Assembly: GCA_038046765.1 (NCBI GenBank)
Contig: JBBSVN010000005.1
Span: 64,001 to 128,000 of the forward strand
Source of the DNA: Candidatus Micrarchaeota archaeon
GTDB lineage: Archaea; Micrarchaeota; Micrarchaeia; Anstonellales; Bilamarchaeaceae
Length of the DNA stretch: 64,000 nt
Direction of reading: 5' to 3'
Of the stretch, positions 41,571-51,664 are shown piece after piece (the first letter of the stretch is position 1; each line of letters starts with the position of its first letter). The notes beneath the pieces were generated by a model, which had not been told where the DNA came from, ran no database searches, and worked only from the letters and a program-made list of their open reading frames with translations. Both the position numbers and the translations under genes were made by a program.

Positions 41571-42542
41571 ATGCAACTAAAAAATCCCCTTCTGCTTTAC
41601 CGTGGAGAAGAATTTAATGCTAATTTTTACTATCAAACAGGAGTAGATATTGACCATAGTTTTTTCTTACTTGATGGTAAGACAAAAATACTTCTAACTC
41701 CTAAGATGAACTATGAATTTGCTAAGAAAACCTTTAAAGGCAAAGTAATTATTTATTCAAACCCCATAAAAGAAATAATAGAACTAATAAAATCAAAATC
41801 ACTCTGCTTAGATTTCTCATCCTTATCTGCTTCACTATTTATTAAACTCCAAGAAAATTTCAAACTTGAAAACGTAAGCGAAGAGCTTCTAAAAGAGCGG
41901 ATGGTTAAGCGAGCGGATGAAGTAGCTAAAACAAAAAAAGCAGTACATGCCACCAAAGAAATTCTAAATTCAATCGACTTCTCAAAACATAAAATCGAAC
42001 TAGATATTAAAAAATTCTTACTAAAAGAAACGCTTGAGCAAGGTTTTGAACAAGCATTTAACCCGATTGTTGCGACTGATAAAAACAGTTCTTTTCCTCA
42101 TTACACTCCAGCGAATGTCAAACTCGGTTCAATTATTCTAATTGATTACGGGGTTAAATACGAAAAATATTGCGCTGACCTAACCAGGTGTTTTTTCCTT
42201 GGTAATGGTAAAAAAACAAAAGAAGCCAAGGCTAATTATGAAAAACTTCAAGAAATTCTTCATGATCTAGTTGATAATCTTTCGAATTTCAAAGATGGCA
42301 CAGGTTTAGCTAAGGCAAGTGAATCTTTATTTGAAAAATACAAATTCCCGAAACTAATTCATAGTATCGGTCATGGTGTTGGTTTAGATGTTCATGAGTT
42401 TCCAAGGCTAAGCGAAAAGTTTAATGATAATTTAACTAATTCCATTCTCGCAATCGAGCCAGCAGTTTATTTTAAGGGTAAGTACGGTCTTCGCTTCGAA
42501 GAAACTATTTATTTTGATGGTAAAAAAGCTAAGATTTTGTAA
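41571..42542 (+). CDS. M24 family Xaa-Pro peptidase
   Basis: PHY, IDYG, ADLTR, HSIGHGVGLDVHE, IEPAVY, GLRFEE. Confidence 0.92.
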   Translation: MQLKNPLLLYRGEEFNANFYYQTGVDIDHSFFLLDGKTKILLTPKMNYEFAKKTFKGKVIIYSNPIKEIIELIKSKSLCLDFSSLSASLFIKLQENFKLENVSEELLKERMVKRADEVAKTKKAVHATKEILNSIDFSKHKIELDIKKFLLKETLEQGFEQAFNPIVATDKNSSFPHYTPANVKLGSIILIDYGVKYEKYCADLTRCFFLGNGKKTKEAKANYEKLQEILHDLVDNLSNFKDGTGLAKASESLFEKYKFPKLIHSIGHGVGLDVHEFPRLSEKFNDNLTNSILAIEPAVYFKGKYGLRFEETIYFDGKKAKIL

Positions 42543-42598
42543 ATATTTTTAAGTCGGTTTTACTTAGATATTTAAAATGAATTTACTTAGTCTTAGTT

Positions 42599-44443
42599 AT
42601 GCCTAATTCTTTACATTCTAACCATTCCAGTTCTTCCACTAAAATTGCTTCAAGAACTTATTTTCAGTCTATTGGATATGTCGAACAACGCATTACTATT
42701 AGTGATAAGTATGGTACCGAAAGAACTCTTTATGGGTGGGTTCCAAAAGGCATAAGCCAAACTGAAGCTATAAAACGAGTAATCGAACAAAACGGTGGAA
42801 TGTGCGAAATAAAACGAGGAGGTTATGATCCAATTAATCGAATCGATCTATCTAACTTTACATACATTACCAAAATTGCCTTTGATGATGGTTTTACTGT
42901 TGCTGACTGGTTACAAATTAGAAATCAATATAATGAATTTGCTATTGGTCAAATAGGTAATACTACTTTCTGGGAAAATGGAGATACTTTAAGAGCTCAT
43001 GGAAATAATCAAATTCGTATTACTGAAGATTATGGATTTACAAAAGAATTGCCAGACACATCTGATTTAATCGGCCGTAAAAAAAGAGGTACATGTGGTG
43101 GCTGTGGTGGACCAATTACAAACGAAGCACTTAGCGCATTAGATCTAGCGAGTAAATATGCTCAAAAAAGGGATACTTATAATTTTGACCCAAATACTGG
43201 CGCAATAAGGCTCGTTAGAAATTCTCAAACATCGGAAAATGAAACTGGTTTTCGCCATATTCTTAACGATTTTTTTAATCAAGTAAAAACTTATTTTAAC
43301 GATACACCTAGTAGCGTTAATTTATCTGCTAGTTCTTACATGATCCAGTTATCGACCAATTCTCAGTTTACCTATCTTGGCGCTGGCGATTTTGATTCTT
43401 CATCTGCTTTTGCAATAACTCCCCATGCGTCAACTGTTCATAAAAAATTAGCTTCTACTTATTATGCAACTATTAATGGAAATGACACTTCATCTACTAC
43501 CTATAACGGCGAAAATACGCTCGCTTCTAACATAGCATTAACTCAAAATACTACTTATAATGAAAAATCAGTTATCTCACCCGTTTCTGATAACTCGTTT
43601 ATCTTTTCTTCATTTGTTTCTAAATGTTCTTGTTGTACAATTAATTTAACTTTAGATTATTTATCTACAAAAACAAAAATTTCTCAAGGGTTAAATACCG
43701 TTGCGGTTTTAGCATCTATTCGTAAAGAAGTTGTAAATTCACCTAAAAACGCATTATCTCAAATTTCCTTAGTTCCGTTGCCAAGAATAGATTCATTTAT
43801 TCTATCTAAACCAAATGACCGAGTCTGTAGAGTAAAACCAGTCCTTGTTATTTCTTCTCAAAAAAGAACTGCAAATGATAATTCAACTACTTCAAAATCC
43901 GCTTCTAAAGAAATTCCAAAGATAAAAACTAAACAAATAGAAAAACCAACAACAAAACCAAAACAAGTTACAAAGGAAACTGCCGTTCAAATCGTTAAAC
44001 CGAAACTAATTTCTGTTGATAAATTAAATAAATCTAAAGTACTTGCAGGTAGGAACAAACAAATACCTAGAAAAGTTCTACCTTCAATAGCATACTTAAA
44101 ACCCAATAGTAAACTAGTAAAATCAAATTTAAATTCAAATAAGGTGAAACTTGAAAACGAAAATATTCAAAATATTAAAACAAAAGCTAAGCCTCGAGCG
44201 AGCGCTGTAAAACAAAAAATTCCTTCGATTAATTTACAAGAATCAATTCGTGCTACTAGAAAATCTACGCAAGCTAAAGTTTCAAAAATTAATATTGCAC
44301 CAAAGAAAGAATTAGACACAGATATGTTTGCCCCAGTTTTAGCTAAACAAATTGCATCAATGAACAAATCTTATCTAATCAAATGGATCGCAAACGAACG
44401 AAGTAAAAGAAATAAAACTAGCTCTAGACGGAAAGCTGCTTAA
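42599..44443 (+). CDS. Hypothetical protein with a CGGCGG motif and long Ser/Thr- then Lys-rich low-complexity tail
   Basis: 614-aa ORF. Confidence 0.65.
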   Translation: MPNSLHSNHSSSSTKIASRTYFQSIGYVEQRITISDKYGTERTLYGWVPKGISQTEAIKRVIEQNGGMCEIKRGGYDPINRIDLSNFTYITKIAFDDGFTVADWLQIRNQYNEFAIGQIGNTTFWENGDTLRAHGNNQIRITEDYGFTKELPDTSDLIGRKKRGTCGGCGGPITNEALSALDLASKYAQKRDTYNFDPNTGAIRLVRNSQTSENETGFRHILNDFFNQVKTYFNDTPSSVNLSASSYMIQLSTNSQFTYLGAGDFDSSSAFAITPHASTVHKKLASTYYATINGNDTSSTTYNGENTLASNIALTQNTTYNEKSVISPVSDNSFIFSSFVSKCSCCTINLTLDYLSTKTKISQGLNTVAVLASIRKEVVNSPKNALSQISLVPLPRIDSFILSKPNDRVCRVKPVLVISSQKRTANDNSTTSKSASKEIPKIKTKQIEKPTTKPKQVTKETAVQIVKPKLISVDKLNKSKVLAGRNKQIPRKVLPSIAYLKPNSKLVKSNLNSNKVKLENENIQNIKTKAKPRASAVKQKIPSINLQESIRATRKSTQAKVSKINIAPKKELDTDMFAPVLAKQIASMNKSYLIKWIANERSKRNKTSSRRKAA

Positions 44444-44465
44444 CTAATATACTAAAATAAAAATA

Positions 44466-44620
44466 TGGCGGGCTCAGAGGGAAATTCCGAGTTTTGTGTT
44501 TTCAGTTTAGCGTCTTGAACGAATAACGAACAAAACGTAAAACACATGACACAGAACTCTTTTGAACCCTCGGCGGACGGATTAAGAGTCCGTTACTCTA
44601 CCAAGCTGAGCTATGAGCCC
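44466..44620 (-). tRNA. tRNA-Lys(CTT), CCA encoded, with a 78-nt T-loop (59/60) intron (44483-44560)
   Basis: Acceptor GGGCTCA/TGAGCCC-G-CCA, anticodon arm ACGGA-CTCTTAA-TCCGT, T stem GAGGG/CCCTC; relaxed BHB. Confidence 0.95.
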
Positions 44621-44643
44621 TTTCTAATTCATTGCTAATGTAT

Positions 44644-44694
44644 CGACACTTAGTATATTCATTTACAGGACGCAGTCTTCGACTGCGTCGGTAG
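44644..44694 (-). repeat. Divergent partial copy of the tRNA-upstream element (before tRNA-Lys)
   Basis: TTTATAAA-7 nt-CTACC-GACGCAGTC-GAA-GACTGCGTC-CTGTAA, then TATACTAAGTGTCG, a 14-mer identical to 27258-27271. Confidence 0.6.
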
Positions 44695-44777
44695 TTTATT
44701 CTTTATAAAAACTAAGGCTACAATTAGCATGTTATTAGCATATTCTATCTGTAAACAAGTGTTTTTATTTGCTTGTA

Positions 44778-44952
44778 AATCAAAAGATAGTGACCGCAGT
44801 CGCTAGATTTTTATTTCTGCCGAAATAAAAAGATCGCGAACGTTTCTTGAGCTAGGCTCAAGAGACAGAACAGGCTTATGCACTTCTTTGGATTGCACCG
44901 CAAGCTAGAGGTCGCAACCTCTGGATTTCTGCTGTTCGCTAGATTTTTATTT
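44778..44952. repeat. Nested hairpin cluster (AAAAG(A/C)TAG..CGCA..CT(A/G)GATTT family)
   Basis: 17-bp direct repeat TCGCTAGATTTTTATTT (44800-44816 and 44936-44952); hairpins TAGTGAC-CGCA-GTCGCTA, TAGAGGT-CGCA-ACCTCTG and TCTTGAGC-TAG-GCTCAAGA. Confidence 0.8.
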
Positions 44953-44990
44953 GATTGCAAATTAAGAAAAAAAGTTGGAAAGTAAATAAT

Positions 44991-45620
44991 CTATAAAACG
45001 ATTCGTTCTATTGCCGCTTGAACTACTGGATCTTCCCTAAGTTGCTTTTCGGTTTTATTTGCTTGTTCCCTCAATTTACTTAATGTTTCTTTTAGTAAAC
45101 GTATTTCCTGAGAATCTACTCCTCGATGTTCTGATATTGCTCTATCCATCTGATAGCAGGAATCTCTAATAGGTCTTCTTGGATTTTCAAAAAGAATATC
45201 TAAACCCTTCATAACTTCGTCAAGACGGGCTAAAATCCTTCGAATACATTCATTTGGATCATTAGCTGCTACATCTCTTAGATCAGAAACAAAAAACCTA
45301 AAGTTCCCATCTATTACATATTTTCCGTTAAATAGTTCAACATCGCCACGAGGATAGATCGAATTTACTTCAAGTAACCACATTCGATCCGGCTTTTCAC
45401 GGAAATAAAACTCGGTCGGTGCATAGGGTTCATAAATCGTTGCTGAAAATATCGCTCCATTGGTTCGAGATTCTTTTAGTTCATATCTCTTCCAAACAAG
45501 AGCCTTATTCGATTCACGAATACCGTATGGACAGATCTCATTTTCTCTTGTGATAGAATCTACTTTTGGCAGAGGCAGTTTTATTGCACCGCGTCTTTTG
45601 AGTGCTTCGCCAAATTTCAT
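44991..45620 (-). CDS. Hypothetical protein
   Basis: ORF; probable start ATG 45620. Confidence 0.6.
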   Translation of the reverse strand: MKFGEALKRRGAIKLPLPKVDSITRENEICPYGIRESNKALVWKRYELKESRTNGAIFSATIYEPYAPTEFYFREKPDRMWLLEVNSIYPRGDVELFNGKYVIDGNFRFFVSDLRDVAANDPNECIRRILARLDEVMKGLDILFENPRRPIRDSCYQMDRAISEHRGVDSQEIRLLKETLSKLREQANKTEKQLREDPVVQAAIERIVL

Positions 45621-45939
45621 TAATTCATTTTCTTTAATAAATATTGTTCCAAAAGTATTTATATTTTTTCTACACATAAATAAACCTATGAGTTATAATT
45701 TATAACTATATAAGTATGTTGTAATTTATATATCTTTGTTTTTCAAAATCTGTTAGAAAATGCTTGCTTTTAATTTATTTTCTTTTATTATATCATTAGC
45801 AAAATTCGCAGGTAAGTCATAACAACTGATCTGTGGCTACTTGCTATCTACAAGTGCAAAGCACTTGGAGAGACAGTGAACGGTTAACCTGTTCACTGGA
45901 AAGGATAATAGCTACACGCTAATTTAGAGATGATTTTTC

Positions 45940-48603
45940 ATGGATGTTGATAAAAATGAACTTAGACGACAGTTTGCAAAAGACTGGGAAAAACACTATA
46001 AACTTAATTCTTTAATTGAACGAGGATACATTCGAAGAAAATGCGAAAAATGCGCTAGAAACTTTTGGAGTGTTCCGGATAGAAAAACCTGCGGCGATGC
46101 TAGCTGCGAAGGTTATACATTTATTGGAAATACTCCTGTTAAGAAAAAATTAAGCTATATTGATACCTGGAAAACAATCGAGAAATATTTCACTAAAAAT
46201 GGTCATGGTTACATTAAACCATACCCAACAGTTGCAAGATGGAGAGACGATCTATACTTTACAATCGCGAGTATAAATGATTTCCAGCCATACGTAGTTA
46301 ATGGAGAACTAGAGCCTCCAGCAAATCCTTTAATCGTTCCACAATCATGTATTCGATTTGGTGACATATCCAATGTCGGAGTAACTGGAAGACATTATAC
46401 TAATTTCGTTATGATTGGTCAACATGCATTTAACACACAAAAAACTGGTTTATTCTATTGGAAAGATCAGGCACTTATGCATGATATTAATTATCTAAAT
46501 GAATTAGGAATTCCTGAATCTGAAATTTCATTAATCGAAGATGTTTGGGCAGGAGGCGGAAACTTTGGACCGAGTATGGAATACTTTGTTCGAGGTTTAG
46601 AGTTAGGAAACTGCGTATTTATGCAATATGAAGTAACTCCAACTGGTCCAAGAGAATTAAAAACAAAAGTTATTGATATGGGTGCTGGCTTAGCAAGGCT
46701 AGCCTGGATGACAACTGGGGACGCTACTAGTTATGATGTTGTTTTTGCAGATGTAATAAAAGAAATGAAAAAAGATACTGGAATTAACGTTGATAAAGAT
46801 TTATTTTTAAAATATGCAAAACTCTCTGGTGGGTTAAACGAAGATGAAGTTCCTGATTTAAATGCTGAAAAAGAGCGCATTGCAAAACTTCTAGGAACAA
46901 CAAAAGATGATTTATTTAAATCCTTAGAACCTTTACAAGCGTTATACGCAAGTGCAGATCATTTACTTACCTGCTTCTTTACTATTAACGACGGTATGCT
47001 TCCAAGTAACGTTGGTGGAGGATACAATTTAAGAATGATTTTAAGACGAGTTTATGGTTTTGAAGAACAATACGCTTATACTTTAAACTTAGAAAAAATT
47101 CTAAAAGGTCATGCTGATCATTTGCATTACATGTTTCCAAACCTTAGGGATGGAGTTACTTCAACACTTGCAGTATTAGATGAAGAAAAGAAAAGATATT
47201 TTGCAAGCAAGGAAAAAGCACGCGGACTTGTAAATAATATGGTTAAAAAATCAAAAACAATTTCAACAAAAGAATTAATCACACTTTATCAAAGCAATGG
47301 TATTCCGCCCGAATATGTTTTGGAAGTTGCTAAAGAAAACGATGTAAAAGTTGATATGCCAGGCAATTTCTATAAATTAGTTAAAGGAAAGGAAGAAGAT
47401 GTCGCGGAAGTTGTAAAGGAAAAAACCGATGTTGTAAAATATCCTAAAACCGAAGCATTATATTATAGCCATGCTGGCGAGTTTAAGGCCAAAATACTTG
47501 GTGTCGTTTCCGATAAATTTGTAATTTTAGATAAGACTGCATTCTACCCAGAAGGCGGTGGTCAGGTTGGCGATATTGGTACAATGGAAAGCGAAAAAGT
47601 ACTTAACGTAACTAAAGAAACAGGAGTTGCATTACACGAAGTAACTGATGCCAAAAAATTCAAAGTAGGCCAAACTGTAAACTGTACTGTTGATTTAGCT
47701 CGAAGAAAAGTTATTACAAGACATCATAGTGCAACGCACTTAGTTACTGCGGCTTGTCGAGAAGTTTTAGGAAAGCATTGCTGGCAAGCTGGAAGTCACA
47801 AGGATGCAGAAAAGGCGCACATTGATATTACGCATTACAAGCGAATCACTAACGAAGAGTTAAATGCGATCGAAGCAAAAGTTACCGAATATATATTAGC
47901 TAACATGCCGATCGTTATTGAAATTCTTCCACGAACTGCTGCAGAACAAAAATATGGATTTACTTTATACCAAGGAGGCGCAGTTCCAGGAAAGGAATTA
48001 CGGATTGTAAAAATGGGCGAAATCGATAACGAAGCGTGCGGAGGAACTCATCATATGCTCAAATCCACTAGCGACCTTGGAATGTTTAAGATGGTTGGAC
48101 GAGAAAGCGTAAAAGACGGGGTTGAAAGACTTACGTATAAATGCGGCGATGTTGCGCTTAAATATGTTCAAGATCGTGAAGCGATACTTAATAGCGCATC
48201 AGCAGTTTTCTCTGTTTCACCTAACGAATTACCAAGAACTGCTGAAAGGTTCTTTAAAGAATGGAAAGAACAGCGAAAGAAAATCGAAGACCTTGGGGAT
48301 TTAGTTGTTAAGGAAGAAGCCCATGAAATAATTAAGCATGGCGAAAACAAGGTTGAATTTAGGATTCTTGATCTGGAAATTGACCAGATAAAAAAACTTG
48401 CGACAAAAGTAAGCGAAAGCGAATCTAGTACTGCTATTTTAATGAGTACGCATGGCAACGTAATGATTGCTTGCGGAAAGAATTCTAAGTTTAAGGCAAA
48501 TGAGCTAATGAAAACGCTTTTAGCAAAGCTTGGCGGTTCTGGTGGCGGAAGCGTAATGGTTGCTAGCGGAAAGGTTGCGAAGGTGGAGAAGGTGGAACTA
48601 TAA
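45940..48603 (+). CDS. alaS: Alanine--tRNA ligase, archaeal type
   Basis: PTVARWRDDLYFTIASI, WAGGGNFGP, IDMGAGLAR, editing HHSATH and ACGGTH, C-Ala GGSGGG. Confidence 0.97.
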   Translation: MDVDKNELRRQFAKDWEKHYKLNSLIERGYIRRKCEKCARNFWSVPDRKTCGDASCEGYTFIGNTPVKKKLSYIDTWKTIEKYFTKNGHGYIKPYPTVARWRDDLYFTIASINDFQPYVVNGELEPPANPLIVPQSCIRFGDISNVGVTGRHYTNFVMIGQHAFNTQKTGLFYWKDQALMHDINYLNELGIPESEISLIEDVWAGGGNFGPSMEYFVRGLELGNCVFMQYEVTPTGPRELKTKVIDMGAGLARLAWMTTGDATSYDVVFADVIKEMKKDTGINVDKDLFLKYAKLSGGLNEDEVPDLNAEKERIAKLLGTTKDDLFKSLEPLQALYASADHLLTCFFTINDGMLPSNVGGGYNLRMILRRVYGFEEQYAYTLNLEKILKGHADHLHYMFPNLRDGVTSTLAVLDEEKKRYFASKEKARGLVNNMVKKSKTISTKELITLYQSNGIPPEYVLEVAKENDVKVDMPGNFYKLVKGKEEDVAEVVKEKTDVVKYPKTEALYYSHAGEFKAKILGVVSDKFVILDKTAFYPEGGGQVGDIGTMESEKVLNVTKETGVALHEVTDAKKFKVGQTVNCTVDLARRKVITRHHSATHLVTAACREVLGKHCWQAGSHKDAEKAHIDITHYKRITNEELNAIEAKVTEYILANMPIVIEILPRTAAEQKYGFTLYQGGAVPGKELRIVKMGEIDNEACGGTHHMLKSTSDLGMFKMVGRESVKDGVERLTYKCGDVALKYVQDREAILNSASAVFSVSPNELPRTAERFFKEWKEQRKKIEDLGDLVVKEEAHEIIKHGENKVEFRILDLEIDQIKKLATKVSESESSTAILMSTHGNVMIACGKNSKFKANELMKTLLAKLGGSGGGSVMVASGKVAKVEKVEL

Positions 48604-48977
48604 ATACCTTAACTAACAAGCAATCAGCAACCGACTTTTTACAGTTCATAGTTTCAGGTAAAATCGATGAAGCTTATTCAAAATATGTAAATATGTCCGG
48701 GAAGCACCACAATTTATATTTCCCCGCAGGTTTTGAGTCTTTAAAAAAAGCAATGAAAGAAAATCACGAAAAATTCCCGAATAAAAAAATTCTGATCAAG
48801 AATGTTCTAGCAGACGGAGATTTAGTCACAGTACAGTCACACCTTATTCTAAAAAAAGGAGAAAAGGAAATGAGCGTAGTCCATATATTTCGCTTTGAAA
48901 ACAACAAGATTATTGAAATGTGGGATTGCGGACAAGCTATTACAGTTGACTCTCCTAATGCAGACGGAGCATTTTAA
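48600..48977 (+). CDS. SnoaL/NTF2-like protein; start uncertain (ATA 48600 or ATG 48693)
   Basis: ADGDLV, VHIFRFENNKIIEMWD; the open frame upstream of the ATG encodes the expected first helix TNKQSATDFL. Confidence 0.75.
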   Translation: MNTLTNKQSATDFLQFIVSGKIDEAYSKYVNMSGKHHNLYFPAGFESLKKAMKENHEKFPNKKILIKNVLADGDLVTVQSHLILKKGEKEMSVVHIFRFENNKIIEMWDCGQAITVDSPNADGAF

Positions 48978-49060
48978 CCATGTTCCGCTATAAATACATG
49001 GAATGCTAAAAACGATAACTTTAAAAGACGGTTCAATACTATTACTAATTGTGATGATTT

Positions 49061-49696
49061 ATGTTACATTCAACCAAAGATTCAAAAGGTCGGGTAATTA
49101 TTAGAGAAGCAGATAGAGCAAAATTAATTGACTTGTTAAAAAAATGTGGGTTTAGGAACATTACTGAATCCGGGCCCATATATACTTTCGAAACAATTGA
49201 TCCATTTAGAAGTCAAACTGCTGATGGGAAAAATGTTGAAAATGGCACCATACCAGATACGGGATTGGTTTTAACCGGTCGAAAAACTGAAGGCGGGGAG
49301 AAATTATCTTATTTTAGTAGGTTTTCCTTTAGTCGACCGCATGGAGTAATTGATCCAATCGAAGTTTTAATCTCCATTAATAGGTTACCTTTTAGACTCG
49401 CAAGAGAGTATCAATTAAATGACACGCTATATGTAACATATACTCTTCCATTGACTTTTCATACATCTGTAGAAGATTTAAATCTGTCTAGAGTGCAAGC
49501 ATTACATCTTATTTATTTGCTTGCGACTCTCTCAGCAGGTGTTTTAGACTTAATTTCTACATCGGACCCATCAGATGTGCAGATAAGACGCGCAAACTCA
49601 CTTATGGACCTCTCTTCTCTTAATTGTAAAATTCGTTTTAAGCATAACATTGATGAAGCTATATTATTATCTAATCAACTTGGCCTTCGTACTTAA
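49061..49696 (+). CDS. Hypothetical protein
   Basis: 211-aa ORF. Confidence 0.6.
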   Translation: MLHSTKDSKGRVIIREADRAKLIDLLKKCGFRNITESGPIYTFETIDPFRSQTADGKNVENGTIPDTGLVLTGRKTEGGEKLSYFSRFSFSRPHGVIDPIEVLISINRLPFRLAREYQLNDTLYVTYTLPLTFHTSVEDLNLSRVQALHLIYLLATLSAGVLDLISTSDPSDVQIRRANSLMDLSSLNCKIRFKHNIDEAILLSNQLGLRT

Positions 49697-49706
49697 AACT
49701 TTAAGC

Positions 49707-50483
49707 CTAACTTTCCTCCTGAAATCTTCTTGCTAAAGTTGTAACTACAGATCTTGGCGTAAGTCTTACAGAAAATGCCAAAAGTTTATTTTTAATCCCA
49801 GGTATTACAATCGTTTTCCCCGATATTAAACCCGCGTACCCTGCTTCTGCAACCTCTTTAACATCCATTAGTTCCCGGCTTATTTTTGATTTCTCCATCT
49901 TTGCTGTAGCGGTAAAATTAGACTTAGTCGGACCTGGACAAAGTGCAGTTACAGTAACTCCTGTTCCTTTAAGTTCGTTTGCAATTGCTTCAGAAAAATG
50001 GAGTACGTATGCTTTTGTAGCGTAATACACTGCCATCAAGGGTCCAGGTTGGAATGCTGCGGTTGAGGCGACATTAAGGATCTTCCCACTCTTTCGCTCT
50101 AGCATCGGTGCTAGAAATAATTTTGTTAAATGCGTGAGAGTTCGTATGTTTAAGTCAATCATTTTTAGTTCGACATCTAGCTTTGCATCTGCAAATAATC
50201 CATAAGTACCAAAGCCAGCATTGTTAATTAGAATATCAATATTAATTGACTCTTTAGATAGTTCGTCAAATATTTCTTGCGGTGAGTTATTATCTGATAA
50301 ATCCTTTGCAATTATCTTGACATTTGTTCCATGCGTTCGTAGTTCTGATGCTACTTTTTCAAGTTGATCAGAACTTCTTGCAACTATTACTAAGTCGTAA
50401 CCTTCTTTAGCAAAAATCTTACTTAATTCGTATCCGATTCCGCTTGATGCGCCAGTAATAAGTACGGTCTTCATCGATTTCAC
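49707..50483 (-). CDS. Short-chain dehydrogenase/reductase
   Basis: TGASSGIG, NNAGFG, YYATK. Confidence 0.95.
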   Translation of the reverse strand: MKSMKTVLITGASSGIGYELSKIFAKEGYDLVIVARSSDQLEKVASELRTHGTNVKIIAKDLSDNNSPQEIFDELSKESINIDILINNAGFGTYGLFADAKLDVELKMIDLNIRTLTHLTKLFLAPMLERKSGKILNVASTAAFQPGPLMAVYYATKAYVLHFSEAIANELKGTGVTVTALCPGPTKSNFTATAKMEKSKISRELMDVKEVAEAGYAGLISGKTIVIPGIKNKLLAFSVRLTPRSVVTTLARRFQEES

Positions 50484-51214
50484 TTCTTCTCCAGTAAGCT
50501 CGGGTTTTCCAAATATTCAAACTTCTTAGGATCAGAATAAAGTTCAGAAAGTAGGTCCTTTGAATCAATCCCATATCGTTCGTTTAGTTCTTCGGCAGAT
50601 AACTCCTCGATCCTATTTATTTTATAATTCGGATTTTTTACAATTCCATTTGTAGTGTAATAAATTGCAGCCCCCTTTTTTTGCTTATAAGATGCATAAT
50701 CAGATTGGAATTTGGAAGAAACTAAGTTTGACATAATTAGTTTTTCCTTACCTGTATTCACAGATACATGGCCATAATTAGGTGGCATTAGTATACAGTC
50801 TCCCTTCTTCGCCTTACAAATTATTACATCTACGCTATTTTCTGTGGTTCTTTTCTGTAGTATAAATGCAACTTCGCCTTGCAAAACCTGATATATTTCC
50901 GGATAATCAAATCCTTTTTCAGCTTCCTGGTGGTAGTGCCCATAAGTTTTTACATATTCAATACCGAGCATATTCGGGAGAATTACGGTAATATCAAATC
51001 GTATAGTTTCCTTAGAAGCTGGTGCGCGATACATATAGTATAAAACGGTATCGCTCTTAAGTGTAGTTTCTTTTTTTAAAACAACTTCTTGCATTGCCTC
51101 TACAGTTCTTATACTAGGCTCGATCGTTTTATTATCTGCAAAAAGAATTTTATTCTTTATTTCAAGTTTAACTGGGTTGTCATATAGTTTTTCCAAGTCC
51201 ATTTTCAATCGCAT
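50480..51214 (-). CDS. pgi: Cupin-type glucose-6-phosphate isomerase
   Basis: YYMYR, KTYGHYH, PEIY, PPNYGH; start may be ATG 51202. Confidence 0.88.
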   Translation of the reverse strand: MRLKMDLEKLYDNPVKLEIKNKILFADNKTIEPSIRTVEAMQEVVLKKETTLKSDTVLYYMYRAPASKETIRFDITVILPNMLGIEYVKTYGHYHQEAEKGFDYPEIYQVLQGEVAFILQKRTTENSVDVIICKAKKGDCILMPPNYGHVSVNTGKEKLIMSNLVSSKFQSDYASYKQKKGAAIYYTTNGIVKNPNYKINRIEELSAEELNERYGIDSKDLLSELYSDPKKFEYLENPSLLEKK

Positions 51215-51596
51215 CTTTCATTTTTTTAAATTCGAATTTTCTTTCAAAAGGTTTTTCTATCTTAAGTCTTTCCTTTTTGAGTTTATGTAATACTACCTTG
51301 AGGAAATTTAAAAATTCTCTTTTTTCTATTTTGTTTTTATTAAAATCATCTTCAATTGACTTTATTGCCTTAACCATAGCAACAAATAATCTTGCCTTAT
51401 AAAAAGAACTTGCATTTTCATAGTTCTTTAAATTTTCATGAAGTAAATATCGAATATGTGTAAGTTTTTTCTTAAGTCGTCTGGATTCAAAACCATTTTC
51501 ATGTATATTTATCTTAAATGAAAGGGTTAAATTTGCAAGAGCTACCCAGTTTTCATTCTCTACTATAAGTAAAAATTCATCATTAAACTCTTGCAT
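51180..51596 (-). CDS. Hypothetical protein
   Basis: 138-aa ORF with AGGAG SD. Confidence 0.55.
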   Translation of the reverse strand: MQEFNDEFLLIVENENWVALANLTLSFKINIHENGFESRRLKKKLTHIRYLLHENLKNYENASSFYKARLFVAMVKAIKSIEDDFNKNKIEKREFLNFLKVVLHKLKKERLKIEKPFERKFEFKKMKDAIENGLGKTI

Positions 51597-51664
51597 GGCA
51601 TTTCTCCTTGTTTTATCAGTGTATTCTCTTTCCTTTATTCTATTCTTTTTAGCAATTTTTGTTT

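Noticed and set aside
45832..45917. Type III hammerhead ribozyme upstream of alaS
   Set aside because: The topology and GAAA fit, but the CUGANGA core is absent (GAGAGA instead).
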